Shown one piece after another: positions 42,019 to 50,462 of a stretch of 64,000 bases of DNA. The first letter of the stretch is position 1. Every line of letters begins with the position of its first letter. Below the pieces are notes generated by a model. That model was not told where the DNA came from. It did not search any database and saw only the letters and a list, made by a program, of their open reading frames with translations. This stretch comes from a virus. Lineage: Duplodnaviria > Caudoviricetes. A program made the translations under genes and the position numbers. The stretch lies in the IMG/VR virus record IMGVR_UViG_3300028887_000085, positions 1-64,000 of that record. One strand, 5' to 3'.

Positions 42019-42044
42019 GTCTCGATGACCGGCGGATTGTAACC
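42019..42044 (-). promoter_or_regulatory. Putative phage-sigma promoter 11
   Basis: GGTTACA-N14-GAGAC. Confidence 0.7.
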
Positions 42045-42111
42045 GCGCCGGTGAGAAAATTTTTGGCGGCTTTATGAGGCGGCCCGCAGCAGCGGGCCGC
42101 CTGAAAAACCG

Positions 42112-42384
42112 TCAAGCTGTTTCTTTCTCTGCCTCCTCCCGGAAGTCCTCCCACTCGTCCCAGGCGGCCCGGCAGCCGTCCTCGTCCTTGTAGGGAACGA
42201 ATTTCACCAGGTAATTGCTTGCCCAGGGGTTCAGGTAATGCTCATAGACGAAAGCCCAGCCCCGGCGGCAGGCTACCACGAAATTATCCAGCAGGCAGCC
42301 TTCCACGGCCTCCACGGTCTCGCCGTCGTTCTGCGTGTACCAGATATTCAGGCGTTTTTCGCCGGTGATTTGAAAAACCGTCAT
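42112..42384 (-). CDS. Hypothetical protein
   Basis: MTVFQITGEK...EGCLLDN...EHYLNPWAS. Confidence 0.6.
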   Translation of the reverse strand: MTVFQITGEKRLNIWYTQNDGETVEAVEGCLLDNFVVACRRGWAFVYEHYLNPWASNYLVKFVPYKDEDGCRAAWDEWEDFREEAEKETA

Positions 42385-42542
42385 TTCGTCGCCTCCGCAA
42401 TCTCCAGCTCCAGCGCCAGAGCCCGCAGCGCCGCAACTCGCCCGTGATTGCTGCCCCGTCTGCATTTTTCCAGGTCAGCCTCCGCCGCTCGCAGGTGCTT
42501 TTTGATGATCTTTTCCATTTCTTCAACCGTGAGATTTTTCAT
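42381..42542 (-). CDS. Small hypothetical protein
   Basis: RBS AAAGGAGG; MKNLTVEEMEKIIKKHL..., 53 aa. Confidence 0.5.
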   Translation of the reverse strand: MKNLTVEEMEKIIKKHLRAAEADLEKCRRGSNHGRVAALRALALELEIAEATK

Positions 42543-42611
42543 GTTTGCCTCCTTTAATGTTTCAAGCCCCAGGGCGTTTGCCCCAGGGCTTGTGATTTGC
42601 TTGTCTTTTTG

Positions 42612-42800
42612 GTCTCGCTGGATTGTGTTTTGTAACCGGCGGAAGAAATTTATTTTTCGTCGCCGTCGGCACCGTTCGCCTGGACGCTTGCCTTTAAGGT
42701 CTCGCAGGCGGCCCGATTGTAACCGGCGGTGAAAAATTTTTCGCGGTTTGTTCTGCCGCCGCCAGAATTATAAGGTCTCACTGTTCTGGATTTTGTAACC
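42612..42800 (-). promoter_or_regulatory. Putative phage-sigma promoters 12-14 (tandem triplet)
   Basis: GGTTACA-N14-GAGAC at 42612-42637, 42699-42724 and 42775-42800. Confidence 0.7.
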
Positions 42801-42811
42801 TGGCCGGAAAA

Positions 42812-43117
42812 TTATTTTTCCTCCGGCCCGGCCCCGTCCATGGACCCGGCGGCCTCCAGATCGTCAGCCGCAGCAGCACCGGCCCCGGCGGCCCGGCCCC
42901 GGCCAGGCTTGCGCGGGCCGAATTCGCCATGCAATCCGAGATCAAGACCGGCGGCCCGGCCCAGGACGGCAGCGGCCCAGGCATTCACGGAACTGAAGCC
43001 CGCAGCCGCAGCAGCGGCCCGCAGCTTTTCCCGTGATCCCGCCGGGAACTGTAAGAGGATGCGGTCATAATTCCTCTTTTTATAGGATTCATTCGCTTTG
43101 CTTTTCGCCGTCGCCAT
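42812..43117 (-). CDS. Ribbon-helix-helix (Arc/CopG-like) DNA-binding protein
   Basis: NESYKKRNYDRILLQFPAGSREKLRAAA...SVNAW. Confidence 0.6.
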   Translation of the reverse strand: MATAKSKANESYKKRNYDRILLQFPAGSREKLRAAAAAAGFSSVNAWAAAVLGRAAGLDLGLHGEFGPRKPGRGRAAGAGAAAADDLEAAGSMDGAGPEEK

Positions 43118-43146
43118 TCGTTTTTCACCTCCTGGCATACATTATA

Positions 43147-43172
43147 GTCTCGCAGCGGGCCGAAATGTAACC
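43147..43172 (-). promoter_or_regulatory. Putative phage-sigma promoter 15 (RHH gene)
   Basis: GGTTACA-N14-GAGAC about 30 nt above the RHH start. Confidence 0.7.
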
Positions 43173-43216
43173 CATGATTTGATATTTTCTAAAGATATTG
43201 ATGATTTAACTAAATC

Positions 43217-43270
43217 CGGTATATACCGAACAGTAAACGGCTTGACAAATCGGCATATACCGATTATAAT
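43217..43270 (+). promoter_or_regulatory. Consensus SigA promoter with two palindromic operators
   Basis: TTGACA(43242)-17-TATAAT(43265); CGGTATATACCG at 43217-43228 and CGGCATATACCG at 43251-43262. Confidence 0.8.
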
Positions 43271-43349
43271 AGTTGACAAGATGAGGCCCCGCAGAGGACC
43301 CCCTGACCCGCCCCGGCGGGCAGGCACATTTGAAAGGAGACCCCCGAAA

Positions 43350-44459
43350 ATGACGAAATCCGAAATGATGATCCGCGCCCACGCCTGGACCCGTGAAACC
43401 GTCGCCGCCTACCCCGGCAGCAGCTACCGCGCCACCCTGGCCGCCGCCCTGCACGAGCTTTGGAAGGACATCCGCAGCGAGGACGCCCGCAGCGCCGCCG
43501 CCGTCCGCCTGACCGTTGCCGCCGTCCTCCAGGCCGCCGAGGACGCCGTGACCCGGCGCAGCGCCGACGCCGACGCCGCCGCCCGTGCATGCTGCGCGGA
43601 GCAGCAGACCGGCAGCGAGCAGCAGCAGCAGGAGCAGGAACCGGCCACCCTGGCCGAATTCCTCCAGCAGCCCGGAGAAGTACAGCTTGAAACCCTCCGC
43701 AAGTTTGCCGCCCGATGCCCCGGCTACGCCGCCCGGCAGGTCAAAAAGACCACCGACCCCGAGACCGGCGAGACCGTCACCGTCCCGGCCCCGGCAGCTT
43801 GGGCCGACTGGATGATCCCCCGCAGCAAAGGCGGGCTTGAGCTTGAACCCTGGGCCGTTGCCGTTGACACCATCGCCGCCGAAGCCTGGACGCGCCTGGC
43901 AACCTCCGAGGACGACGGAAACCCGCTCGCGTGGATTCTCGCCCGCGCCTGCCGCGCCGCCTGCGTGAGGCTTTCCAAGGTATACCGTGACGCGCCGAAC
44001 AACCGCAGCCGCAGCAAGCGGCAGGACGGCAGCGGTACTATTATCGACGCCGTTTCCCTTGACGATCCCGATTACAGCGCCGCCGCCCATTTCCCCGGCC
44101 CGGAATCCGCCGCCGTCACCCGTGAAGCCATCCGCCAGGCCGCCAACGACCCCCGAGACTTTGCCGTCCTGGACCTGCGCAGCCAGGGACAGACCCTGCA
44201 GCAGATCGCCGCCCGCCTGGGCATCAGCCATCCCGCCGTCCTCAAGCGCCTCCGCCGCATGAAGGAACGCATGGAGGACGCCAAGACGGAGCAGGCCGCC
44301 AACGACCTCGACGCCGCAGTCATGGCCGCAGCCGGTCAGAGCTACCGCCCCCGGAAGAGCTGGAGGCCCGACAACGCCAGCAGCAGCACCGGCGGCAGGG
44401 AGAACGCGCAGCAGCCCCGCAGCGCCGCCGCCACCGTCAGCACATGGGCCGGGAAGTAA
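43350..44459 (+). CDS. ECF-like sigma-70 factor with N- and C-terminal extensions
   Basis: RBS GAAAGGAG; region-2-like VDTIAAEAWTRL...LAWILARACR; VSLDD linker; region-4 HTH QGQTLQQIAARLGISHPAVLKRLRRMK. Confidence 0.65.
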   Translation: MTKSEMMIRAHAWTRETVAAYPGSSYRATLAAALHELWKDIRSEDARSAAAVRLTVAAVLQAAEDAVTRRSADADAAARACCAEQQTGSEQQQQEQEPATLAEFLQQPGEVQLETLRKFAARCPGYAARQVKKTTDPETGETVTVPAPAAWADWMIPRSKGGLELEPWAVAVDTIAAEAWTRLATSEDDGNPLAWILARACRAACVRLSKVYRDAPNNRSRSKRQDGSGTIIDAVSLDDPDYSAAAHFPGPESAAVTREAIRQAANDPRDFAVLDLRSQGQTLQQIAARLGISHPAVLKRLRRMKERMEDAKTEQAANDLDAAVMAAAGQSYRPRKSWRPDNASSSTGGRENAQQPRSAAATVSTWAGK

Positions 44460-44488
44460 CGCCCGGCCAGGAACCCCGAACCCCGAAC

Positions 44489-44527
44489 AGAAAACGCCCG
44501 GCCCGTTTTGGGCCGGGCTTCTCTTTG
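44489..44527 (+). terminator. Intrinsic terminator after the sigma gene
   Basis: GCCCGGCCC-GTTTT-GGGCCGGGC-TTCTCTTT. Confidence 0.65.
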
Positions 44528-45408
44528 CCCGCCAGACGCACCAGGAAGCCCGACACGCGCAGCCGCGCCCCTCCACGTCTACCCCGCAGCCGGTCACGTC
44601 TTCCCGCGCCTACGCGCACGCGAGAAGCGTGCAGCAGCGCAGCCGCGCCCGTCTACCGCGCACCGGCGTGTCATCCCCGGCCCGTTGATATTCCGTAGTA
44701 GTTCCGTTGACCGTATCAGCGCCGCAGCCGCAGCAGATACCGCAGCAGCGCCGCAGCAGGGGAGGACCGGCCCAGCAGATCATACCGACAGCCCAGGCCC
44801 CGCAGCAGGCCGAAAACGGGAAGGACCGCAGCGGGGAAAATGTGCCGCTTTAGGTGAACTGTTCTGCAGTGTCGGAATTCTCCGAGCTTTCAGGCGGGGC
44901 TTTCCGGCGGCATTTCCGGCCAGACCTGGCGGAGCACCGGCGGCCCCGGCCCGGCCAGCAGCGACCCGGAACCGTTGCCATTACAGACGGAATGACAACG
45001 GATCACCCCCCAGGTTTGCAGACGGAACCTTCAGCCCGAACCGCGCCACGCCCGTAGCCCTTCTCGCCGCGTCCCCGTTCGGGCACTGCCTACGCGCCTG
45101 GTTGCGGTAGCGAGCGCGGGATGGGCGCGGTGGGTAGCCGTGACGGTTGATTGAACGGTTCGGAAAATCCGAACGGTTGCTGATGAACATGTAAGCGAAA
45201 CTTACAAGTTAAAGGGAGCGTGGTGAGAGGGCTCCGGAAAATTTTGCGCGGTCTCGCAAGCGAGACGAATAAAGGGTGGGGTGGGGGGTAGTTTGCAGTT
45301 GAAGGGGAGAATCTTAGGGGAACACGCAGGGTGTGTTAAGGTATGGTTGAAGCGGGGCGCGAGTGTGCGTCAGCGTGGTAGCAACTACGGAGCAGGGTGG
45401 TAGCAGGT

Positions 45409-45897
45409 ATGGCCGAACAAACGAGGCCGAAGCAATACTGGGAGCGCAACGGAACGCGGCGACCTCTGCCGTCTCTGAGCGATGCGATGAAGCGATACGG
45501 AGTGGAGTCGGTAGCGTACTTTGCTCCGGTATACGAAAAAGAGAATCAGTGCCCGTGGTGCGGTGGCGCGGTAAACAACAAGCGGCGTCGGTACTGCTCG
45601 GACGAATGCCGGAGGGACTTTCAAAACATGACGGTCTGGTGGCGTGGACGCGGGGCGTATGGAATGCGGATACTGTACCGCGACGGATTCACCTGCCAAG
45701 ACTGCGGCGAATTCCATGCATTCATCAACGAACACGGTATGGCGTGCCCGGTAGACGACGGGCAGTTAGAGATACACCACATTGTACCGGTAGCGTACGG
45801 GGGCGGCGACGAACCGAGTAACCTGGTGACGCTGTGCAAGCGGTGCCACAAAGAGCGACACCGAGAAATGAGGAGCAAAGAATGGACATCTTACTGA
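45409..45897 (+). CDS. HNH endonuclease with N-terminal Zn finger
   Basis: RDGFTCQDCG...LEIHHIVP...GG...NLVTLCKRCHKERH. Confidence 0.85.
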   Translation: MAEQTRPKQYWERNGTRRPLPSLSDAMKRYGVESVAYFAPVYEKENQCPWCGGAVNNKRRRYCSDECRRDFQNMTVWWRGRGAYGMRILYRDGFTCQDCGEFHAFINEHGMACPVDDGQLEIHHIVPVAYGGGDEPSNLVTLCKRCHKERHREMRSKEWTSY

Positions 45898-46193
45898 TAG
45901 TGCTGGCGGTGATCGTGGGATTGCCGGTGTATGCGTTCATTGGTTTCCTGGTCTTCGTAGCGTTTGCAAAAATCTGCGACGGCTTTGACGGTGACTGGCA
46001 TAGCGACAGTTGGCGGTGGGACTGGATGGTAGACGAAGGGACCTCCATAGCATTTATGGTCTTTTGGCCGATGCTTGTGGCTATTGGGCTCATCGTGCTG
46101 CCGTTCTTCGGCGTGTACTATCTGATAAACATGCTGATAGAGAGGGGGGAAGAGGCGGATGGCGAAGAAGAAAGCGAAAGAGCCGAAGACTGA
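45882..46193 (+). CDS. Small membrane protein
   Basis: Two hydrophobic segments (MDILLIVLAVIVG..., MVFWPMLVAIGLIV). Confidence 0.55.
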   Translation: MDILLIVLAVIVGLPVYAFIGFLVFVAFAKICDGFDGDWHSDSWRWDWMVDEGTSIAFMVFWPMLVAIGLIVLPFFGVYYLINMLIERGEEADGEEESERAED

Positions 46194-46617
46194 ATACGTC
46201 GTGCGGATGAACGAGCGGCAGCTCCGTCTCATTATGACGGCGACGGAAGAGTACGGACGCCTCCGCATGGGGCAGACGTGGGATCTGTCGGACGACCTGG
46301 CTTTCCAGCACTACGACCGCAAGGCGGAGCAGGAGAGCGGCGAGCACAAAGAGTTTGACCGTCGGATACTGCGGCGGGACGCCTGCCGTGAACTGCTGGA
46401 CCTGGCTATGCGGGCGGCGTGTGGCGGTAACTACTTGGACCACTGGCAGAAGACGGAAGACGTGGAAGTGGCCTTGGACATGTACAGCACGGTGCGGAAG
46501 TTCTTTTGGGAACAGAAGCCGGAAGCGGAGAAGGACACATGGACGGTGGCATCGGGGCCGCTGTACCTGATGGGGCCAGACCCGAAAATGGAAATCGAGA
46601 AGGTGACGGTAGAATGA
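46159..46617 (+). CDS. Hypothetical protein
   Basis: 152 aa; EEYGRLRMGQ. Confidence 0.6.
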   Translation: MAKKKAKEPKTEYVVRMNERQLRLIMTATEEYGRLRMGQTWDLSDDLAFQHYDRKAEQESGEHKEFDRRILRRDACRELLDLAMRAACGGNYLDHWQKTEDVEVALDMYSTVRKFFWEQKPEAEKDTWTVASGPLYLMGPDPKMEIEKVTVE

Positions 46618-47075
46618 ACCTGGTTCCGGCGATCAAAGCGATTCAGGATGAAATGGACAAACTGTTCAAAGAGTACCGAGAGACGGTGAAGCCCTACGAA
46701 GACAGCCTGAAGCAACTGAGGAAACTCAATACCGCCTGCGAAAACTGCGGCGGTTCCGGTAAGGTTCTTCGGCGCAGGGCCTGCGCGGAAGATGACCGCC
46801 CCGATCCGAACGATCCGAGGGACTATGTGAAGTGCCAATACTGCAGCGGTACGGGCAAAGCCAACTACATTGTCCTCGACGAAGCGAAGCCGGAAGAAAC
46901 GGCGACAGTCAAGGGAACGTGTTCCAACTGCCGGTATCATTATTCCTACGGTTACGCTGATTTCACTACGGGGGGGATCGGCACAACAAGGTACTTCTGT
47001 TTCGGAGAGAAGGGAGTGCCGGAAGTGAGTCCAAATCATTCCTGCGAAAACTGGCAGTTGGAAGGGCAGCAATGA
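46614..47075 (+). CDS. Zn-finger protein (CxxCxGxG repeats)
   Basis: CENCGGSG and CQYCSGTG. Confidence 0.6.
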   Translation: MNLVPAIKAIQDEMDKLFKEYRETVKPYEDSLKQLRKLNTACENCGGSGKVLRRRACAEDDRPDPNDPRDYVKCQYCSGTGKANYIVLDEAKPEETATVKGTCSNCRYHYSYGYADFTTGGIGTTRYFCFGEKGVPEVSPNHSCENWQLEGQQ

Positions 47076-47719
47076 ACGAAGCGGCAATTACGAAGCTGTG
47101 CGGCTTCCGTGAGCTCAGAGAGAACTGGAATGGATACGGGTGCTGCGCGTGGTACGACGAAGAAAAGAGCGAAGAGTATATCCGACAAGTCACGACGCTG
47201 CTGAGGACGCTGCCTTTCGATATCACGTTCATCGCTCCGCTCCAAGACGGGACCATCGTACAAATCGAATACGAAGATGAGGTATGGTACATCGAATTCG
47301 AGCTGAACGAAGACCATACGGCGAGCGTATACGAACAGCTTCCGGACAAAGATCGAGAATACACCTGTTACTGGTGGCAGATCGCGGACCTGCTGCGAGA
47401 CGGCGGGACACTCAAAGAGAAAGGAGAAAGTGAAATGGTGAAAGGGCAGCAGGAACGAATGATGTACTGCTTCGGGATCGCCATCGAACTGGTTAAGCGC
47501 GGAGAAAGAATGCGGCGGGAAGGATGGAACGGGAAGCGCCAGTATATCGAACTGGCGACCTGCATCTCCTACAAGAACGCCAAAGGCGAGATCGTGAACG
47601 CGGAGCACGACGCCATAGGGAACGCGGCCATCGCTTTCGTGGGAACATCCGGGGTCCAGCTCGGATGGCTGGCATCTCAGGCGGACATGCTGGCGGAAGA
47701 CTGGGAGATATTCGAGTGA
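47072..47719 (+). CDS. Protein with C-terminal DUF2829 (Tad2-like) domain
   Basis: FGIAIELVKRGERMRREGWNGK...GWLASQADMLAEDW; internal RBS and ATG at 47435. Confidence 0.7.
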   Translation: MNEAAITKLCGFRELRENWNGYGCCAWYDEEKSEEYIRQVTTLLRTLPFDITFIAPLQDGTIVQIEYEDEVWYIEFELNEDHTASVYEQLPDKDREYTCYWWQIADLLRDGGTLKEKGESEMVKGQQERMMYCFGIAIELVKRGERMRREGWNGKRQYIELATCISYKNAKGEIVNAEHDAIGNAAIAFVGTSGVQLGWLASQADMLAEDWEIFE

Positions 47720-48033
47720 ACACTATCTGCCTCCGCAACTGCCAGTTCCGAACGCGTACGGGATACTGCGGACGGACGGCGGGGTGCATAGACGATATCA
47801 AAGCCTCCGAAACCGTTTCGACATGGACGGCAAACACTTCCAAGATGCCGAAGCTGAAGAAGTGTCCGTTCTGCGGAAGTAAATACAGCCTGAAGGTGGT
47901 ATCGCATCCGCAAGAAGGATTCAGGGATCGTTACTCGATCCTGTGCGATTACCGCGAAGGCGGCTGCGGCGCTGAGGGGCCGTGGTATCACAGACCGGAA
48001 GAAGCGGCGTGGGCGTGGAATCAAAGAACATGA
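47716..48033 (+). CDS. Lar-like Zn-ribbon protein
   Basis: LKKCPFCG...CGAEG...EEAAWAWNQR. Confidence 0.6.
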   Translation: MNTICLRNCQFRTRTGYCGRTAGCIDDIKASETVSTWTANTSKMPKLKKCPFCGSKYSLKVVSHPQEGFRDRYSILCDYREGGCGAEGPWYHRPEEAAWAWNQRT

Positions 48034-48045
48034 AAGGAGAACACA

Positions 48046-48834
48046 ATGGAGTACAAGTACAACGTCGGTGACAAGGTGCGCATCCTGGACGGAAGCAAAA
48101 TCCTTGACTATACGGCGGGCTGGACAAAAGGAATGAATTCGCTTGTCGGAGAGGTGAGGAAAATCACCGGGCGCACAGCATATGACGAACGCCCGCACTA
48201 TTTCCTCGATGGACCTGATGCTTTGGGATATAAGTGGGACGAGCGCGGCCTTAAGCTCGTCGAAACGAAGAAGAGCAAACCCCGGATTGTGGTCTACATC
48301 GACAAGAACGACTCCAGCGTAGTCGTCGCAAAGGATACGGAGACCGGGAAGACCGGGAAAGCAAAGTGCAGCCAGGAAGACACCTTCGACTTCTACACCG
48401 GCGCACAGCTGGCGATGATGCGGCTGTTTGATACGAAGCCCTTCCCGGAGGAGCCGAAGAAGTGGATTCCGAAAGATGGAGATTACGTCATCGGCAACGA
48501 AAAGAACGGTTACGCTTTCACCTCGGGAGGAACGATTTGGAAAATTGCAGCTGTATGCGGCAGGTCAATCACAGTTTCATCTCCAAATAGCAACGTGAAA
48601 TACCCTGTTGATTGCGACTTCTTCGACCATTACACCGGACCGCTCTTCACCGGCGATATGGTTTGCGTTAAAGATGACGGAACCGCGTTTCCAAAGTATG
48701 TCAAAGGAAGGATTTACCATGTGAAAGAAGGGGGAATTGAAGGAGAAGTCAGTCACAACGGTTACATCACTTCCGTCGAAGCTCTGAATGCCGAGTACAA
48801 AGACCGGTACAAATTCCTGGAAATCGTAAAGTGA
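48046..48834 (+). CDS. Hypothetical protein
   Basis: 262 aa; AKCSQEDTFDFYTGAQLAMMRL. Confidence 0.6.
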   Translation: MEYKYNVGDKVRILDGSKILDYTAGWTKGMNSLVGEVRKITGRTAYDERPHYFLDGPDALGYKWDERGLKLVETKKSKPRIVVYIDKNDSSVVVAKDTETGKTGKAKCSQEDTFDFYTGAQLAMMRLFDTKPFPEEPKKWIPKDGDYVIGNEKNGYAFTSGGTIWKIAAVCGRSITVSSPNSNVKYPVDCDFFDHYTGPLFTGDMVCVKDDGTAFPKYVKGRIYHVKEGGIEGEVSHNGYITSVEALNAEYKDRYKFLEIVK

Positions 48835-49034
48835 CAGGGGGTGATGCCTGTGTATACCAATCCGGCGTTCCCTTTGGAGTAGAAATGCCCGCTCTCCGTG
48901 CGTGAGCGGCGAGCGGGCGTGGGGTCTTCGGCATGACCTCCTTGGATAGAGAGAAGCGCATGGGTCGCGTAGCGCTGTGCCGACGCAAGCGGCATCCGTG
49001 GGGTGGAGATCCCTCACGACGCGACTCTTTATAA

Positions 49035-49117
49035 GGGGCGGTAAGCTCAGGGAAGAGCAGGGGACGATTTCCCCGGCGTACAGAGATACGCAGCCGGTTC
49101 GACTCCGGCCCGCCTCA
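49035..49117 (+). ncRNA. tRNA-like element with aberrant anticodon arm and long variable arm
   Basis: Acceptor GGGGCGG/CCGCCTC, D arm GCTC/GAGC, T arm GCCGG-TTCGACT-CCGGC; no canonical anticodon loop and no CCA. Confidence 0.55.
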
Positions 49118-49227
49118 GCCGCGTATGCCTCCTTTCAGCTAGAGAAGCGCCGGACCGTGATGGCGCTGCGCCGGAGCAGCATCGGCGTCCGTCCCGTGAA
49201 GAGCCGGGGCGAAGCGGTCCATTATAC

Positions 49228-49303
49228 GCGGGTGTAGCCAAGCGGTGAAGGCATGGGACTTTGACTTCCATATTCGCTGGTTCAAATCCAGCCACCCGTG
49301 CCA
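49228..49303 (+). tRNA. tRNA-Gln(TTG)
   Basis: Cloverleaf; loop CT-TTG-AC; T loop TTCAAAT; 3' CCA. Confidence 0.9.
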
Positions 49304-49346
49304 CCCCACAGAGGGGATATCAGAAACGGAAAGGAGAGAAACCAAA

Positions 49347-49697
49347 ATGGAAAAGAGCATATTGGAGATGGCGCGTGGTGCGATCACGGAGCGCGTTGAC
49401 TATGAGATGGGACGGGTGCTCCAGAACATCCTCGACCCCAACACCAAGGCCACGGCAAAGCGGAAGATTACGCTTACGGTGGAGTTCACGCCTGACGACG
49501 AGCGCCAGACCATCGACGTGAGCGTTACGGCGAAGAGCGTATTGCAGCCGACGGTTCCCGTGAAGACGGCGCTGTACGCGAGCATGGGCAGCTTCGGCGA
49601 CTTCGCGGTGGTGGAGATGACCCCGCAGATCCCCGGACAGACATCACTGGACGGCGACGAGCAGGAGCCCGCGCCGATCCTCAGAATTGCGAAATAA
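49347..49697 (+). CDS. Phage hypothetical protein
   Basis: NILDPNTKATAKRKITL...QIPGQ. Confidence 0.7.
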   Translation: MEKSILEMARGAITERVDYEMGRVLQNILDPNTKATAKRKITLTVEFTPDDERQTIDVSVTAKSVLQPTVPVKTALYASMGSFGDFAVVEMTPQIPGQTSLDGDEQEPAPILRIAK

Positions 49698-49710
49698 AAG
49701 GAGGCACACG

Positions 49711-50427
49711 ATGATGCTGAAAGAAGCAATCGAAAAGATCGAAGAAATGAGCAGCCCTATGGTCTATACGGAGGACGATCATTCCTACGTTCTTTACGCA
49801 GATCACACCGAGGAACTGCGTCCTGCCATCGACTCTCCGGATACGGTGAGGATCAACAGCTTGGACGCTTTGGTGCAGCTCGTGAAGAAAGAGCAGCAGG
49901 ACCGTCAGATTTTCGTCTCCGTCACCGGCCACGACGAGGTTGACGTATATGACTCCCCCAGTGAAGACTCCAGATGGAAGCGGAACGTCCTGTATAACGC
50001 CAGAGCCATTGACATCCCCGGCTGGGAGCCGGAGGTGCAGATGGGATTCGACCAGGCAGCCGTGGCGCTGATGACCCGCTTCCAGGACGGCGGCGACCGC
50101 GAGTATACGCTCCAGCTCCTGAGCCAGATTACCACCGGTGCGAAGGTGACGTACACGGACAACGGCGTGGCAAGCACCATCGTGACGCAGAAAGGCGCGG
50201 CGCTGGCGCAGAACACGACGATCAAGCCGCTGGTCAAGCTCCGCCCCTACCGCACCTTCCAGGAGATCGAGCAGCCTGAGGGCATCTTCCTTATCCGTAT
50301 ATCCGAGCGCGGAATCACGTTCCGGGAAGCGGACGGCGGCATGTGGAAGCTGACCGCCAGGAACACCGCAAAGGCTTGGCTTCAGGAGCAGCTTCAGGAC
50401 ATGCCGAACGTAACCGTGATGCTGTAA
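49711..50427 (+). CDS. Phage hypothetical protein (partner of the upstream gene)
   Basis: LRPYRTFQEIEQP...FREADGGMWK. Confidence 0.7.
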   Translation: MMLKEAIEKIEEMSSPMVYTEDDHSYVLYADHTEELRPAIDSPDTVRINSLDALVQLVKKEQQDRQIFVSVTGHDEVDVYDSPSEDSRWKRNVLYNARAIDIPGWEPEVQMGFDQAAVALMTRFQDGGDREYTLQLLSQITTGAKVTYTDNGVASTIVTQKGAALAQNTTIKPLVKLRPYRTFQEIEQPEGIFLIRISERGITFREADGGMWKLTARNTAKAWLQEQLQDMPNVTVML

Positions 50428-50462
50428 GACATCGCTGACTGCCGGGAATAGACCGGCACCAT

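Noticed and set aside
20512-43172. GTCTC-N14-TGTAACC motif as integron attC or other recombination sites
   Set aside because: Not palindromic, lacks RYYYAAC/GTTRRRY ends, has a fixed spacer and sits upstream of RBSs; a promoter fits better, though recombination is not formally excluded
43206-44597. 463-aa minus-strand ORF opposite the sigma gene
   Set aside because: Gly-rich shadow of C-rich codons; the + strand gene has a promoter, RBS and terminator
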